A stretch of 64,000 nt of DNA from Eledone cirrhosa (lineage: Eukaryota). The stretch covers positions 16,244,001 through 16,308,000 of the forward strand of contig OZ024753.1 in the NCBI GenBank assembly GCA_964016885.1, written 5' to 3'. This document shows, in pieces, positions 12,171-27,320 of this stretch; position 1 is the stretch's first letter, and each line of letters starts with the position of its first letter. The position numbers and the translations under genes were made by a program. The notes under the pieces were generated by a model that was not told the DNA's origin, searched no databases, and saw only the letters and a program-made list of their open reading frames with translations.

Positions 12171-13095
12171 CACCACCAATGATTTTAAGGGGTCCGTCGA
12201 GCTGCAGATTACAGAGTCGGGTAAGATCGATATCTTGGGTATAAACTTTATCAGAGGGTCTAAAGCTCAATGCAATGGTGGCAGTATAAAAACATTTAGA
12301 TAATTCTTTGAAAAAAAATGTTCTTAAAAAATTCTAAAATTTCTGATTTTGTAACTTCAAATCCTCGGGATGAAGCTGTACCAGCTGAAATGTGTTAGTT
12401 TAATAGCATATTGACTCTTTGGTGCTTCTTTATATATAGTTTAGGGATTGTAACGTCAAGTTACTGTTATATATAAAGCTATATGTACTAGCAATAATGA
12501 TATAATGATGAGCCTTCTCCAGGTTTCTTTGTACCTAGAATAAATATAATCACATGGATTCACTATATTTTGAATAAAATTCTTTAAAATATGGTAACTT
12601 TCTTTAGTTTGTCTGGGATTTAATAATTGTGTAACTCTTAGCATCAACTTCTAAGAGATTTTGCAATGTGAAAGTCTTAAAGCCTAATCTGTTTAATCTA
12701 TGAAAACCTTATAACCAGTTTGTGTTAGTTTCTGGCTAAGTCTGGGCCTAATTCTATCCTTGTTGGCAATGTCTACCTTGCCCCCTCCCCTCCCCCCGAA
12801 AAAGACTGCACAGTAATCTAAAACATACTTCACACAAACAGTCACAGGTTTTCTCTCATCACTTTTAGTTCTCAGCTGTTTATTCTAAACTTTAAACCTA
12901 AGACACGAATCAATAGAAGAAAACCTACTGTATTTATTTAATGTTTTCTAAGAAATTCGGTTAAGTCATTGCCGGTAAAATATAAAAAATATTTAACATG
13001 AAATTTTGAAGGCAATAGTAATAAACTTTACATCCTTTTACTTGAAATATAAGAATCATTAGTGACAGCTAGAGCAAGTTGGACCTTCAAAACTT

Positions 13096-16000
13096 CAGCT
13101 GAAAGTTACACAGTAGAAAGTTATACACAGCTGAAAGGTTACACAGTAGAAAGTTACACAGCTGAAAGGTTACACAGTAGAAAGTTACACAGCTGAAAGT
13201 TACACAGCTGAAAGTTACACAGTAGAAAGTTACACAGCTGAAAGTTTACACAGCTGAAAGTTATACAGCTGAAAGTTTACACAGCTGAAAGATTACACAG
13301 CTGAAAGATTACACAGTAGAAAGTTACACAGCTGAAAGTTATACAACTGAAAGTTACACAGCTGAAAGTTATACAACTGAAAGTTACACAACTGAAAGTT
13401 ACACAACTGAAAGTTACACAGCTGAAAGTTACACAGCTGAAAGTTACACAGCTGAAAGTTACACAGCTGAAAGTTACACAACTGAAAGTTACACAGCTGA
13501 AAGTTACACAGCTGAAAGTTACACAGCTGAAAGTTACACAACTGAAAGTTACACAGCTGAAAGTTACACAGCTGAAAGTTACACAGCTGAAAGATACACA
13601 GCTGAAAGTTACACAGCTGAAAGATACACAGCTGAAAGTTACACAGCTGAAAGTTACACAGCTGAAAGTTACACAGCTGTAAGTTACACAGCTGTAAGTT
13701 ACACAGCTGAAAGTTACACAGCTGAAAGTTTCACAGCTGAAACTTACACAGCTGAAACTTACACAGCTGAAACTTACACAGCTGAAACTTAAACAGCTGA
13801 AACTTACACAGCTGAAAGTTACACAGTTGAAAGTTACACAGCTGAAAGATACACAGCTGAAAGTTACACAGCTGAAAGATACACAGCTGAAAGTTACACA
13901 GCTGAAAGTTACACAGCTGAAAGTTACACAGCTGAAAGTTACACAGCTGAAAGTTACACAGCTGAAAGTTACACAGCTGAAAGTTATACACAGCTGAAAG
14001 TTACGCAGCTGAAAGTTACACAGCTGAGAGTTACACAGCTGAAAGATACACAGCTGAAAGTTACACAGCGGAAAGTTATACAGCTGAAAGTTACACAGCT
14101 GAAAGTTACACAGCTGAAAGTTACACAGCTGAAAGTTATACAGCTGAAAGTTATACACAGCTGAAAGTTATCCACAGCTGAAAGTTATACAGCTGAAGGT
14201 TACACAGCTGAAAGTTACACAGCTGAAAGTTACACAGCTGAAAGATACACAGCTGAAAGTTACGCAGCTGAAAGTTACACAGCTGAAAGTTACACAGCTG
14301 AAAGATACACAGCTGAAAGTTACACAGCTGAAAGATACACAGCTGAAGGTTACACAGCTGAAAGATACACAGCTGAAAGTTACACAGCTGAAAGTTACAC
14401 AGCTGAAAGTTACACAGCTGAAAGTTACACAGCTGAAAGTTACACAGCTGAAAGTTACACAGCTGAAAGATACACAGCTGAAAGTTACACAGCTGAAAGA
14501 TACACAGCTGAAAGTTACGCAGCTGAAAGTTACACAGCTGAAAGTTACACAGCTGAAAGATACACAGCTGAAAGTTATACAGCTGAAAGTTACACAGCTG
14601 AAAGTTACACAGCTGAAAGTTACACAGCTGAAAGTTATACAGCTGAAAGTTATACACAGCTGAAAGTTATCCACAGCTGAAAGTTATACAGCTGAAAGTT
14701 ACACAGCTGAAAGTTACACAGCTGAAAGTTACACAGCTGAAAGTTACACAGCTGAAAGTTACACAGCTGAAAGTTACACAGCTGAAAGTTACACAGCTGA
14801 AAGTTACACAGCTGAAAGTTACACAGCTGAAAGTTACACAGCTGAAAGTTACACAGTTGAAAGTTACACAGCTGAAAGATACACAGCTGAAAGATACACA
14901 GCTGAAAGTTACACAGCTGAAAGATACACAGTTGAAAGTTACACAGCTGAAAGATACACAGCTGAAACTTACACAGCTGAAAGTTACACAGTTGAAAGAT
15001 ACACAGCTGAAAGTTACACAGCTGAAAGTTACACAGCTGAAAGTTACACAGCTGAAAGTTACACAGCTGAAAGTTATACAGCTGAAAGTTATACACAGCT
15101 GAAAGTTATCCACAGCTGAAAGTTATCCACAGCTGAAAGTTATACAGCTGAAAGTTACACAGCTGAAAGTTACACAGCTGAAAGTTACACAGCTGAAAGT
15201 TACACAGCTGAAAGTTACACAGCTGAAAGTTATCCACAGCTGAAAGTTATACACAGCTGAAAGTTACACAGCTGAAAGTTATACACAGCTGAAAGTTAAA
15301 CAGCTGAAAGTTATACACAGCTGAAAGTTATACAGCTAAAAATTATACAGCTGAAAGTTACACAGCTGAAAGTTATCCACAGCTGAAAGTTAAACAGCTG
15401 AAAGTTATACACAGCTGAAAGTTATACAGCTGAAAGTTATACAGCTGAAAGTTATACAGCTGAAAGTTATCCACAGCTGAAAGTTATCCACAGCTGAAAG
15501 TTATCCACAGCTGAAAGTTATCCACAGCTGAAAGTTACACAGCTGAAAGTTAAACAGCTGAAAGTTATACACAGCTGAAAGTTATACAGCTGAAAGTTAT
15601 ACAGCTGAAAGTTATACAGCTGAAAGTTATCCACAGCTGAAAGTTATCCACAGCTGAAAGTTATCCACAGCTGAAAGTTATCCACAGCTGAAAGTTACAC
15701 AGCTGAAAGTTACACAGCTGAAAGTTATACAGCTGAAAGTTACACAGCTGAAAGTTAAACAGCTGAAAGTTATACAGCTGAAAGTTATACACAGCTGTAA
15801 GTTACACAGCTGAAAGTTACACAGCTGAAAGTTTCACAGCTGAAACTTACACAGCTGAAACTTACACAGCTGAAACTTACACAGCTGAAAGTTACACAGT
15901 TGAAAGTTACACAGCTGAAAGATACACAGCTGAAAGTTACACAGCTGAAAGATACACAGCTGAAAGTTACACAGCTGAAAGTTACACAGCTGAAAGTTAC

Positions 16001-19000
16001 ACAGCTGAAAGTTACACAGCTGAAAGTTACACAGCTGAAAGTTACACAGCTGAAAGTTACACAGCTGAAAGATACACAGCTGAAAGTTACGCAGCTGAAA
16101 GTTACACAGCTGAGAGTTACACAGCTGAAAGATACACAGCTAAAAGTTACACAGCGGAAAGTTATACAGCTGAAAGTTACACAGCTGAAAGTTACACAGC
16201 TGAAAGTTATACAGCTGAAAGTTATACACAGCTGAAAGTTATCCACAGCTGAAAGTTATACAGCTGAAGGTTACACAGCTGAAAGTTACACAGCTGAAAG
16301 TTACACAGCTGAAAGATACACAGCTGAAAGTTACGCAGCTGAAAGTTACACAGCTGAAAGTTACACAGCTGAAAGATACACAGCTGAAAGTTACACAGCT
16401 GAAAGATACACAGCTGAAAGTTACACAGCTGAAAGATACACAGCTGAAAGTTACACAGCTGAAAGTTACACAGCTGAAAGTTACACAGCTGAAAGTTACA
16501 CAGCTGAAAGTTACACAGCTGAAAGATACACAGCTGAAAGTTACACAGCTGAAAGATACACAGCTGAAAGTTACGCAGCTGAAAGTTAGACAGCTGAAAG
16601 TTACACAGCTGAAAGATACACAGCTGAAAGTTATACAGCTGAAAGTTACACAGCTGAAAGTTACACAGCTGAAAGTTACACAGCTGAAAGTTATACAGCT
16701 GAAAGTTATACACAGCTGAAAGTTATCCACAGCTGAAAGTTATACAGCTGAAAGTTACACAGCTGAAAGTTACACAGCTGAAAGTTACACAGCTGAAAGT
16801 TACACAGCTGAAAGTTACACAGCTGAAAGTTACATAGCTGAAAGTTACACAGTTGAAAGTTACACAGCTGAAAGATACACAGCTGAAAGTTACACAGCTG
16901 AAAGATACACAGTTGAAAGTTACACAGCTGAAAGATACACAGCTGAAACTTACACAGCTGAAAGTTACACAGTTGAAAGATACACAGCTGAAAGTTACAC
17001 AGCTGAAAGTTACACAGCTGAAAGTTACACAGCTGAAAGTTACACAGCTGAAAGTTATACAGCTGAAAGTTATATACAGCTGAAAGTTATACACAGCTGA
17101 AAGTTATCCACAGCTGAAAGTTATCCACAGCTGAAAGTTATACAGCTGAAAGTTACACAGCTGAAAGTTACACAGCTGAAAGTTACACAGCTGAAAGTTA
17201 CACAGCTGAAAGTTATCCACAGCTGAAAGTTATACACAGCTGAAAGTTACACAGCTGAAAGTTATACACAGCTGAAAGTTAAACACAGCTGAAAGTTATA
17301 CAGCTAAAAGTTATACAGCTGAAAGTTACACAGCTGAAAGTTATCCACAGCTGAAAGTTATACACAGCTGAAAGTTACACAGCTGAAAGTTATACACAGC
17401 TGAAAGTTAAACAGCTGAAAGTTATACACAGCTGAAAGTTATACAGCTAAAAGTTACACAGCTGAAAGTTATCCACAGCTGAAAGTTATACACAGCTGAA
17501 AGTTACACAGCTGAAAGTTATCCACAGCTGAAAGTTATACACAGCTGAAAGTTATACACAGCTGAAAGTTAAACAGCTGAAAGTTATACACAGCTGAAAG
17601 TTAAACAGCTGAAAGTTATACACAGCTGAAAGTTACACAGCTGAAAGTTATCCACAGCTGAAAGTTAAACAGCTGAAAGTTATACACAGCTGAAAGTTAT
17701 ACAGCTGAAAGTTAAACAGCTGAAAGTTATACACAGCTGAAAGTTATACAGCTGAAAGTTATACAGCTGAAAGTTATACAGCTGAAAGTTATCCACAGCT
17801 GAAAGTTATCCACAGCTGAAAGTTATCCACAGCTGAAAGTTATCCACAGCTGAAAGTTATCCACAGCTGAAAGTTACACAGCTGAAAGTTATACAGCTGA
17901 AAGTTACACAGCTGAAAGTTAAACAGCTGAAAGTTATACAGCTGAAAGTTATACACAGCTGAAAGTTAAACAGCTGAAAGTTATACACAGCTGAAAGTTA
18001 TACACAGCTGAAAGTTAAACAGCTGAAAGTTATACAGCTGAAAGTTATACACAGCTGAAAGTTAAACAGCTGAAAGTTATACACAGCTGAAAGTTATACA
18101 CAGCTGAAAGTTACACAGCTGAAAGTTAAACAGCTGAAAGTTAAACAGCTGGAAGTTACACAGCTGAAAGTTTTACAGCTGAAAGTTATACACAGCTGAA
18201 AGTTATATACAGCTGAAAGTTATACACAGCTGAAAGTTATACAGCTGAAAGTTATATACAGTTGAAAGTTATATACAGTTGAAAGTTATACACAGCTGAA
18301 ATTTATACAGCTGAAAGTTATACACAGCTGAAAGTTATATACAGCTGAAAGTTATATACAGCTGAAAGTTATATACAGCTGAAAGTTATATACAGCTGAA
18401 AGTTATATACAGCTGAAAGTTATACACAGCTGAAAGTTATACAGCTGAAAGTTACACACCTGAAAGTTACACAGCTGAAAGTTATACAGCTGAAAGTTAC
18501 ACAGCTGAAAGTTACACAGCTGAACGTTACACAGCTGAAAGTTACACAGCTGAAAGTTACACACCTGAAAGTTACACACCTGAAAGTTATACACAGCTGA
18601 AAGTTTTACACAGCTGAAAGTTATACACAGCTGAAAGTTATATACAGCTGAAAGTTATATACAGCTGAAAGTTACACAGCTGAAAGTTACACAGCTGAAA
18701 GTTACACAGCTGAATGTTACACAGCTGAAAGTTAAACAGCTGAAAGTTATACACAACTGAAAGTTATACACAGCTGAAAGTTATACACAGCTGAAAGTTA
18801 TACAGCTGAAAGTTACACAGCTGAAAGTTAAACAGCTGAAAGTTAAACAGCTGAAAGTTAAACAGCTGAAAGTTAAACAGCTGAAAGTTATACAGCTGGA
18901 AGTTACACAGCTGAACGTTACACAGCGGAAAGTTTTACAGCTGAAAGTTACACAGCTGAAAGTTATATACAGCTGAAAGTTACACAGCTGAGTGTTACAC

Positions 19001-22000
19001 AGCTGAAAGTTACACAACTGAAAGTTACACAACTGAAAGTTATACAACTGAAAGTTACACAACTGAAAGTTATATACAGCTGAAAGTTATATACAGCTGA
19101 AAGTTATACACAGCTGAAAGTTATACAGCTGAAAGTTATATACAGTTGAAAGTTATACACAGCTGAAAGTTATACAGCTGAAAGTTACACAGCTGAAAGT
19201 TATATACAGCTGAAAGTTATACACAGCTGAAAGTTATACAGCTGAAAGTTATATACAGCTGAAAGTTATATACAGCTGAAAGTTATACACAGCTGAAAGT
19301 TATACAGCTGAAAGTTACACAGCTGAAAGTTACACAGCTGAAAGTTACACAGCTGAAAGTTATACACAGCTGAAAGTTACACAGCTGAAAGTTATACACA
19401 GCTGAAAGTTATACACAGCTGAAAGTTATACACAGCTGAAAGTTATACACAGCTGAAAGTTATACACAGCTGAAAGTTATACACAGCTGAAAGTTAAACA
19501 GCTGAAAGTTATACAGCTGAAAGTTATACAGCTGAAAGTTACACAGCTGAAAGTTACACAGCTGAACGTTACACAGCTGAAAGCTTTACAGCTGAAAGTT
19601 ACACACCTGAAAGTTATACACAGCTGAAAGTTATATACAGCTGAAAGTTATATACAGCTGAAAGTTACACAGCTGAAAGTTACACAGCTGAAAGTTACAC
19701 AGCTGAAAGTTACACAGCTGAAAGTTACACAGCTGAAAGTTATACACAGCTGAAAGTTAAACAGCTGAAAGTTAAACAGCTGAAAGTTATACACAGCTGA
19801 AAGTTAAACAGCTGAAAGTTAAACAGCTGAAAGTTAAACAGCTGAAAGTTATACACAGCTGAAAGTTAAACAGCTGAAAGTTATACAGCTGAAAGTTATA
19901 CAGCTGAAAGTTACACAGCTGAAAGTTATACACAGCTGAAAGTTAAACAGCTGAAAGTTAAACAGCTGAAAGTTATACACAGCTGAAAGTTAAACAGCTG
20001 AAAGTTAAACAGCTGAAAGTTAAACAGCTGAAAGTTATCCACAGCTGAAAGTTATACAGCTGAAAGTTACACAGCTGAAAGTTATACAGCTGAAAGTTAT
20101 ACAGCTGGAAGTTACACAGCTGAACGTTACACAGTGGAAAGTTTTACAGCTGAAAGTTACACAGCTGAAAGTTATATACAGCTGAAAGTTACACAGCTGA
20201 ATGTTACACAGCTGAAAGTTACACAACTGAAAGTTACACAACTGAAAGTTACACAACTGAAAGTTATATACAGCTGAAAGTTATACACAGCTGAAAGTTA
20301 TACAGCTGAAAGTTATATACAGTTGAAAGTTATACACAGCTGAAAGTTATACAGCTGAAAGTTATATACAGTTGAAAGTTATACACAGCTGAAAGTTATA
20401 CAGCTGAAAGTTACACAGCTGAAAGTTATATACAGCTGAAAGTTATACACAGCTGAAAGTTATACACAGCTGAAAGTTATACAGCTGAAAGTTACACAGC
20501 TGAAAGTTATATACAGTTGAAAGTTATACACAGCTGAAAGTTATACAGCTGAAAGTTACACAGCTGAAAGTTACACAGCTGAAAGTTATATACAGCTGAA
20601 AGTTATACACAGCTGAAAGTTATACAGCTGAAAGTTATATACAGCTGAAAGTTATACACAGCTGAAAGTTATACAGCTGAAAGTTACACAGCTGAAAGTT
20701 ACACAGCTGAAAGTTATACACAGCTGAAAGTTATACACAGCTGAAAGTTATACACAGCTGAAAGTTATACACAGCTGAAAGTTATACACAGCTGAAAGTT
20801 ATACAGCTGAAAGTTACACAGGTGAAAGTTACACAGCTGAACGTTACACAGCTGAAAGCTTTACAGCTGAAAGTTATACACACCTGAAAGTTATATACAG
20901 CTGAAAGTTATATACAGCTGAAAGTTACACAGCTGAAAGTTACACAGCTAAAAGTTACACAGCTGAAAGTTATACAGCTGAAAGTTAAACAGCTGAAAGT
21001 TAAACAGCTGAAAGTTAAACAGCTGAAAGTTAGACAGCTGAATGTTACACAGCTGAAAGTTACACAACTGAAAGTTACACAACTGAAAGTTATATACAGC
21101 TGAAAGTTATACACAGCTGAAAGTTATACAGCTGAAAGTTATATACAGTTGAAAGTTATACACAGCTGAAAGTTATACAGCTGAAAGTTATATACAGTTG
21201 AAAGTTATACACAGCTGAAAGTTATACAGCTGAAAGTTATATACAGTTGAAAGTTATACACAGCTGAAAGTTATACAGCTGAAAGTTACACAGCTGAAAG
21301 TTATATACAGCTGAAAGTTATACACAGCTGAAAGTTATACAGCTGAAAGTTATATACAGCTGAAAGTTATACACAGCTGAAAGTTATACAGCTGAAAGTT
21401 ACACAGCTGAAAGTTACACAGCTGAAAGTTATACACAGCTGTAAGTTATACACAGCTGAAAGTTATACACAGCTGAAAGTTATACACAGCTGAAAGTTAT
21501 ACACATCTGAAAGTTATACAGCTGAAAGTTACACAGGTGAAAGTTACACAGCTGAAAGTTATATACAGCTGAAAGTTACACAGCTGAATGTTACACAGCT
21601 GAAAGTTACACAGCTGAAAGCTTTACAGCTGAAAGTTACACACCTGAAAGTTATACACAGCTGAAAGTTATATACAGCTGAAAGTTATATACAGCTGAAA
21701 GTTACACAGCTGAAAGTTACACAGCTAAAAGTTACACAGCTAAAAGTTACACAGCTAAAAGTTACACAGCTGAAAGTTATACAGCTGAAAGTTATACAGC
21801 TGGAAGTTACACAGCTGAAAGTTATACAGCTGAAAGTTAAACAGCTGAAAGTTATACAGCTGAAAGTTATACAGCTGAAAGTTATACAGCTGAAAGTTAT
21901 ACAGCTGAAAGTTACACAGCTGAAAGTTATACAGCTGAAAGTTATACAGCTGGAAGTTACACAGCTGAACGTTACACAGCTGAAAGTTACACAGCTGAAA

Positions 22001-25000
22001 GTTAAACAGCTGAAAGTTATACAGCTGAATGTTACACAGCTGAAAGTTATACACAGCTGAAAGTTATACAGCTGAAAGTTACACACCTGAAAGTTATACA
22101 GCTGAAAGTTATACACAGCTGAAAGTTACACAGCTAAAAGTTACACAGCTGAAAGTTATACACAGCTGAAAGTTAAACAGCTGAAAGTTAAACAGCTGAA
22201 AGTTATACACAGCTGAAAGTTAAACAGCTGAAAGTTAAACAGCTGAAAGTTAAACAGCTGAAAGTTATACACAGCTGAAAGTTAAACAGCTGAAAGTTAA
22301 ACAGCTGAAAGTTAAACAGCTGAAAGTTATCCACAGCTGAAAGTTATACAGCTGAAAGTTACACAGCTGAAAGTTATACAGCTGAAAGTTATACAGCTGG
22401 AAGTTACACAGCTGAACGTTACACAGTGGAAAGTTTTACAGCTGAAAGTTACACAGCTGAAAGTTATATACAGCTGAAAGTTACACAGCTGAATGTTACA
22501 CAGCTGAAAGTTACACAACTGAAAGTTACACAACTGAAAGTTACACAACTGAAAGTTATATACAGCTGAAAGTTATACACAGCTGAAAGTTATACAGCTG
22601 AAAGTTATATACAGTTGAAAGTTATACACAGCTGAAAGTTATACAGCTGAAAGTTATATACAGTTGAAAGTTATACACAGCTGAAAGTTATACAGCTGAA
22701 AGTTACACAGCTGAAAGTTATATACAGCTGAAAGTTATACACAGCTGAAAGTTATACACAGCTGAAAGTTATACAGCTGAAAGTTACACAGCTGAAAGTT
22801 ATATACAGTTGAAAGTTATACACAGCTGAAAGTTATACAGCTGAAAGTTACACAGCTGAAAGTTATATACAGCTGAAAGTTATACACAGCTGAAAGTTAT
22901 ACAGCTGAAAGTTATATACAGCTGAAAGTTATACACAGCTGAAAGTTATACAGCTGAAAGTTACACAGCTGAAAGTTACACAGCTGAAAGTTATACACAG
23001 CTGAAAGTTATACACAGCTGAAAGTTATACACAGCTGAAAGTTATACACAGCTGAAAGTTATACACAGCTGAAAGTTATACAGCTGAAAGTTACACAGGT
23101 GAAAGTTACACAGCTGAACGTTACACAGCTGAAAGCTTTACAGCTGAAAGTTATACACACCTGAAAGTTATATACAGCTGAAAGTTATATACAGCTGAAA
23201 GTTACACAGCTGAAAGTTACACAGCTAAAAGTTAAACAGCTGAAAGTTAAACAGCTGAAAGTTAAACAGCTGAAAGTTAGACAGCTGAATGTTACACAGC
23301 TGAAAGTTACACAACTAAAAGTTACACAACTGAAAGTTATATACAGCTGAAAGTTATACACAGCTGAAAGTTATACAGCTGAAAGTTATATACAGTTGAA
23401 AGTTATACACAGCTGAAAGTTATACAGCTGAAAGTTATATACAGTTGAAAGTTATACACAGCTGAAAGTTATACAGCTGAAAGTTATATACAGTTGAAAG
23501 TTATACACAGCTGAAAGTTATACAGCTGAAAGTTACACAGCTGAAAGTTATATACAGCTGAAAGTTATACACAGCTGAAAGTTATACAGCTGAAAGTTAT
23601 ATACAGCTGAAAGTTATACACAGCTGAAAGTTATACAGCTGAAAGTTACACAGCTGAAAGTTACACAGCTGAAAGTTATACACAGCTGTAAGTTATACAC
23701 AGCTGAAAGTTATACACAGCTGAAAGTTATACACAGCTGAAAGTTATACACATCTGAAAGTTATACAGCTGAAAGTTACACAGGTGAAAGTTACACAGCT
23801 GAAAGTTATATACAGCTGAAAGTTACACAGCTGAATGTTACACAGCTGAAAGTTACACAGCTGAAAGCTTTACAGCTGAAAGTTACACACCTGAAAGTTA
23901 TACACAGCTGAAAGTTATATACAGCTGAAAGTTATATACAGCTGAAAGTTATATACAGCTGAAAGTTACACAGCTGAAAGTTACACAGCTAAAAGTTACA
24001 CAGCTAAAAGTTACACAGCTAAAAGTTATACAGCTGAAAGTTATACAGCTGGAAGTTACACAGCTGAACGTTACACAGCTGAAAGTTACACAGCTGAAAG
24101 TTAAACAGCTGAAAGTTATACAGCTGAACGTTACACAGCTGAAAGTTACACAGCTGAAAGTTATACAGCTGAAAGTTATACAGCTGGAAGTTACACAGCT
24201 GAACGTTACACAGCTGAACGTTACACAGCTGAAAGTTACACAGCTGAAAGTTAAACAGCTGTAAGTTATACAGCTGAATGTTACACAGCTGAAAGTTATA
24301 CACAGCTGAAAGTTATACAGCTGAAAGTTACACACCTGAAAGTTATACAGCTGAAAGTTATACACAGCTGAAAGTTACACAGCTAAAAGTTACACAGCTG
24401 AAAGTTAAACAGCTGAAAGTTATACACAACTGAAAGTTAAACAGCTGAAAGTTATACAGCTGAAAGTTATACAGCTGGAAGTTACACAGCTGAACGTTAC
24501 ACAGCTGAAAGTTACACAGCTGAAAGTTATATACAGCGGAAAGTTTTACAGCTGAAAGTTACACAGCTGAAAGTTATACAGCTGAATGTTACACAGCTGA
24601 AAGTTACACAACTGAAAGTTATACACAGCTGAAAGTTAAACAGCTGAAAGTTATACAGCTGAATGTTACACAGCTGAAAGTTACACAACTGAAAGTTATA
24701 CAGCTGAAAGTTACACAGCTGAAAGTTATATACAGCGGAAAGTTTTACAGCTGAAAGTTACACAGCTGAAAGTTATATACAGCTGAAAGTTATACAGCTG
24801 AATGTTACACAGCTGAAAGTTACACAACTGAAAGTTACACAGCTGAAAGTTACACAGCTGAAAGTTACACAACTGAAAGTTACACAGCTGAAAGTTACAC
24901 AGCTGAAAGTTATATACAGCTGAAAGTTACACAGCTGAATGTTACACAGCTGAAAGTTACACAACTGAAAGTTACACAGCTGAAAGTTACACAGCTGAAA

Positions 25001-25940
25001 GTTACACAACTGAAAGTTACACAGCTGAAAGTTACACAGCTGAAAGTTATATACAGCTGAAAGTTACACAGCTGAATGTTACACAGCTGAAAGTTACACA
25101 ACTGAAAGTTACACAACTGAAAGTTACACAACTGAAAGTTATATACAGCTGAAAGTTATACACAGCTGAAAGTTATACAGCTGAAAGTTATATACAGCTG
25201 AAAGTTATACACAGCTGAAAGTTATACACAGCTGAAAGTTAAACAGCTGAAAGTTATACACAGCTGAAAGTTACACAGCTGAAAGTTACACAGCTGAAAG
25301 TTATATACAGCTGAAAGTTACACAGCTGGAAGTTACACAGCTGAAAGTTATACACAGCTGAAAGTTATACAGCTGAAAGTTATACAGCTGGAAGTTACAC
25401 AGCTGAAAGTTACACAGCTGAAAGTTACACAGCTGAAAGTTACACAGCTGAAAGTTACACAGCTTAAAATTACACAGCTGAAAGTTATACACAGCTGAAA
25501 GTTATACACAGCTGAAAGTTATACACAGCAGAAAGTTATACACAGCAGAAAGGTTACACAGCAGAAAGGTTACACAGCAGAAAGGTTACACAGCAGAAAG
25601 GTTACACAGCAGAAAGTTATACACAACAGAAATTATACATAGCAGAAAGTTATACACAGCAGAAAGTTATACACAGCAGACAGTTATACACAGCAGAAAG
25701 TTATACACAACAGAAAGTTATACACAGCAGAAAGGTTACACAGCTGAAAGGTTACACAGCTGAAAGGTTACACAGCTGAAAGGTTACACAGCTGAAAGGT
25801 TACACAGCTGAAAGGTTACACAGCTGAAAGGTTACACAGCTGAAAGGTTACACAGCTGAAAGGTTACACAGCTGAAAGGTTACACAGCTGAAAGGTTACA
25901 CAGCTGAAAGGTTACACAGTTGGAGGTTATATAGCTGAAA
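13096..25940. repeat. Satellite of 15-bp (CAGCTGAAAGTTACA) and 17-bp (CAGCTGAAAGTTATACA) units, ~800 copies, with ~2.07-kb and ~2.29-kb higher-order duplications
   Basis: Direct reading. Near-identical pseudo-ORFs start at 14151/16222, and identical ones at 20035/22327. Confidence 0.98.
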
Positions 25941-26025
25941 ACATTATGTCAATAAAGAATTTAACACTTTTGTCTTAAGAAATATTTAGACTGCTATTTC
26001 TTCCACAATTATTATTCATTATTAT

Positions 26026-26195
26026 GTGAATTGGCAGTATTGGTAGAGGGTCGGACGCCATGCTTTGACGCATAGAGTTACTGCCCTTGCCATTCTGAGT
26101 TCAAATCCTGCCGAGGTTAACTTTGCCTTTAAAATAAAGTACCAGTAATGTACTTGGTAATTGCTGGCCTTGTGCCAAAAAGTAGAAACAATTAT
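26026..26195 (+). mobile_element. SINE family A with internal deletion
   Basis: GTGAATTGGCAGTATTGGTAGAGGGTCGGAC...CTGAGTTCAAATCCTGCCGAGGTTAACTTTGCCTTT...GGCCTTGTGCCAAAAAGTAGAAACAATT. Confidence 0.8.
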
Positions 26196-26223
26196 ATTGA
26201 AATGAATAACTTATAGACTGTAT

Positions 26224-27140
26224 GATCACCAACACTCTACAATACTTTATACAAAATTTTGGATCACCAACACTCTACAATACTTTATACAAAATCTAGG
26301 ATCACCAACACATCTACATTACTTTCTACAAAATCTAGGATTACCAACACTCCACATTACTTTCTACAAAATCTAGGATCACCAACACTCTACATTACTC
26401 TCTACAAAATCTAGGATCACCAACACTACATTACTCTCTACAAAATCTAGGATCAACACATCTACATTACTCTCTACAAGATCTAGGATCACCAACACTA
26501 CATTACTTTCTACAAAATCTAAGATCACCAACACTACATTACTCTCTACAAAATCTAGGATCACCAACACTCCACATTACTTCCTAGAAGATCTAGGATC
26601 ACCAACACTCTACTTTATACAAGATCTAGGATCACCAACACTCTACAATACTTTATACAAAATGTAAGATCACCAACACTCTACATTACTCTCTACAAAA
26701 TCTAGGATCACCAACACTCTACATTACTTCCTAGAAGATCTAGGATCACCAACACTCTACTTTATACAAGATCTAGGATCACCAACACTCTACTTTATAC
26801 AAGATCTAGGATCACCAACACTCTACAATACTTTATACAAAATCTAGGATCACCAACACGCTACATTACTTCCTAGAAGATCTAGGATCACCAACACACT
26901 ACATTTCTTTCTAGAAGATCTAGGATCACCAACACTCTACTTTATACAAGATCTAGGATCACCAACACTCTACTTTATACAAGATCTAGGATCACCAACA
27001 CTCTACAATACTTTATACAAAATCTAGGATCACCAACACGCTACATTACTTCCTAGAAGATCTAGGATCACCAACACACTACATTTCTTTCTAGAAGATC
27101 TAGGATCACCAACACTCTACATTACTTTCTACAAAATCTT
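26224..27140. repeat. Minisatellite, ~34-39-bp unit (AAATCTAGGATCACCAACACTCTACATTACTTTCTAC)
   Basis: ~25 tandem imperfect copies. Confidence 0.95.
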
Positions 27141-27320
27141 TGATATCCAACAACAATTACATTAAAGCTTCTCTAAGACATTTAACTTAGAATCTCTCTC
27201 AATAGATTCACAAGTTGAGAGGTAACTAAGGTTCACACATTTTGATTTTATGTTTCAAGTTTTCCTAATTTCAGAAGAGTGAGATTATAGAAAAATGTTA
27301 CCAATCTTAATTATTTATAA

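Noticed and set aside
12353-12400. Hammerhead-like GAUGA AGCU..AGCU GAAA UGUG UU
   Set aside because: CU of the core is missing and stem I is not adjacent; too degenerate. The same applies to GAAAUAAUUGUU near 59988.
13277-25492. CNFQL/VTFSC pentapeptide-like ORFs
   Set aside because: Translations of a 15-bp satellite, broken constantly by 17-bp units.
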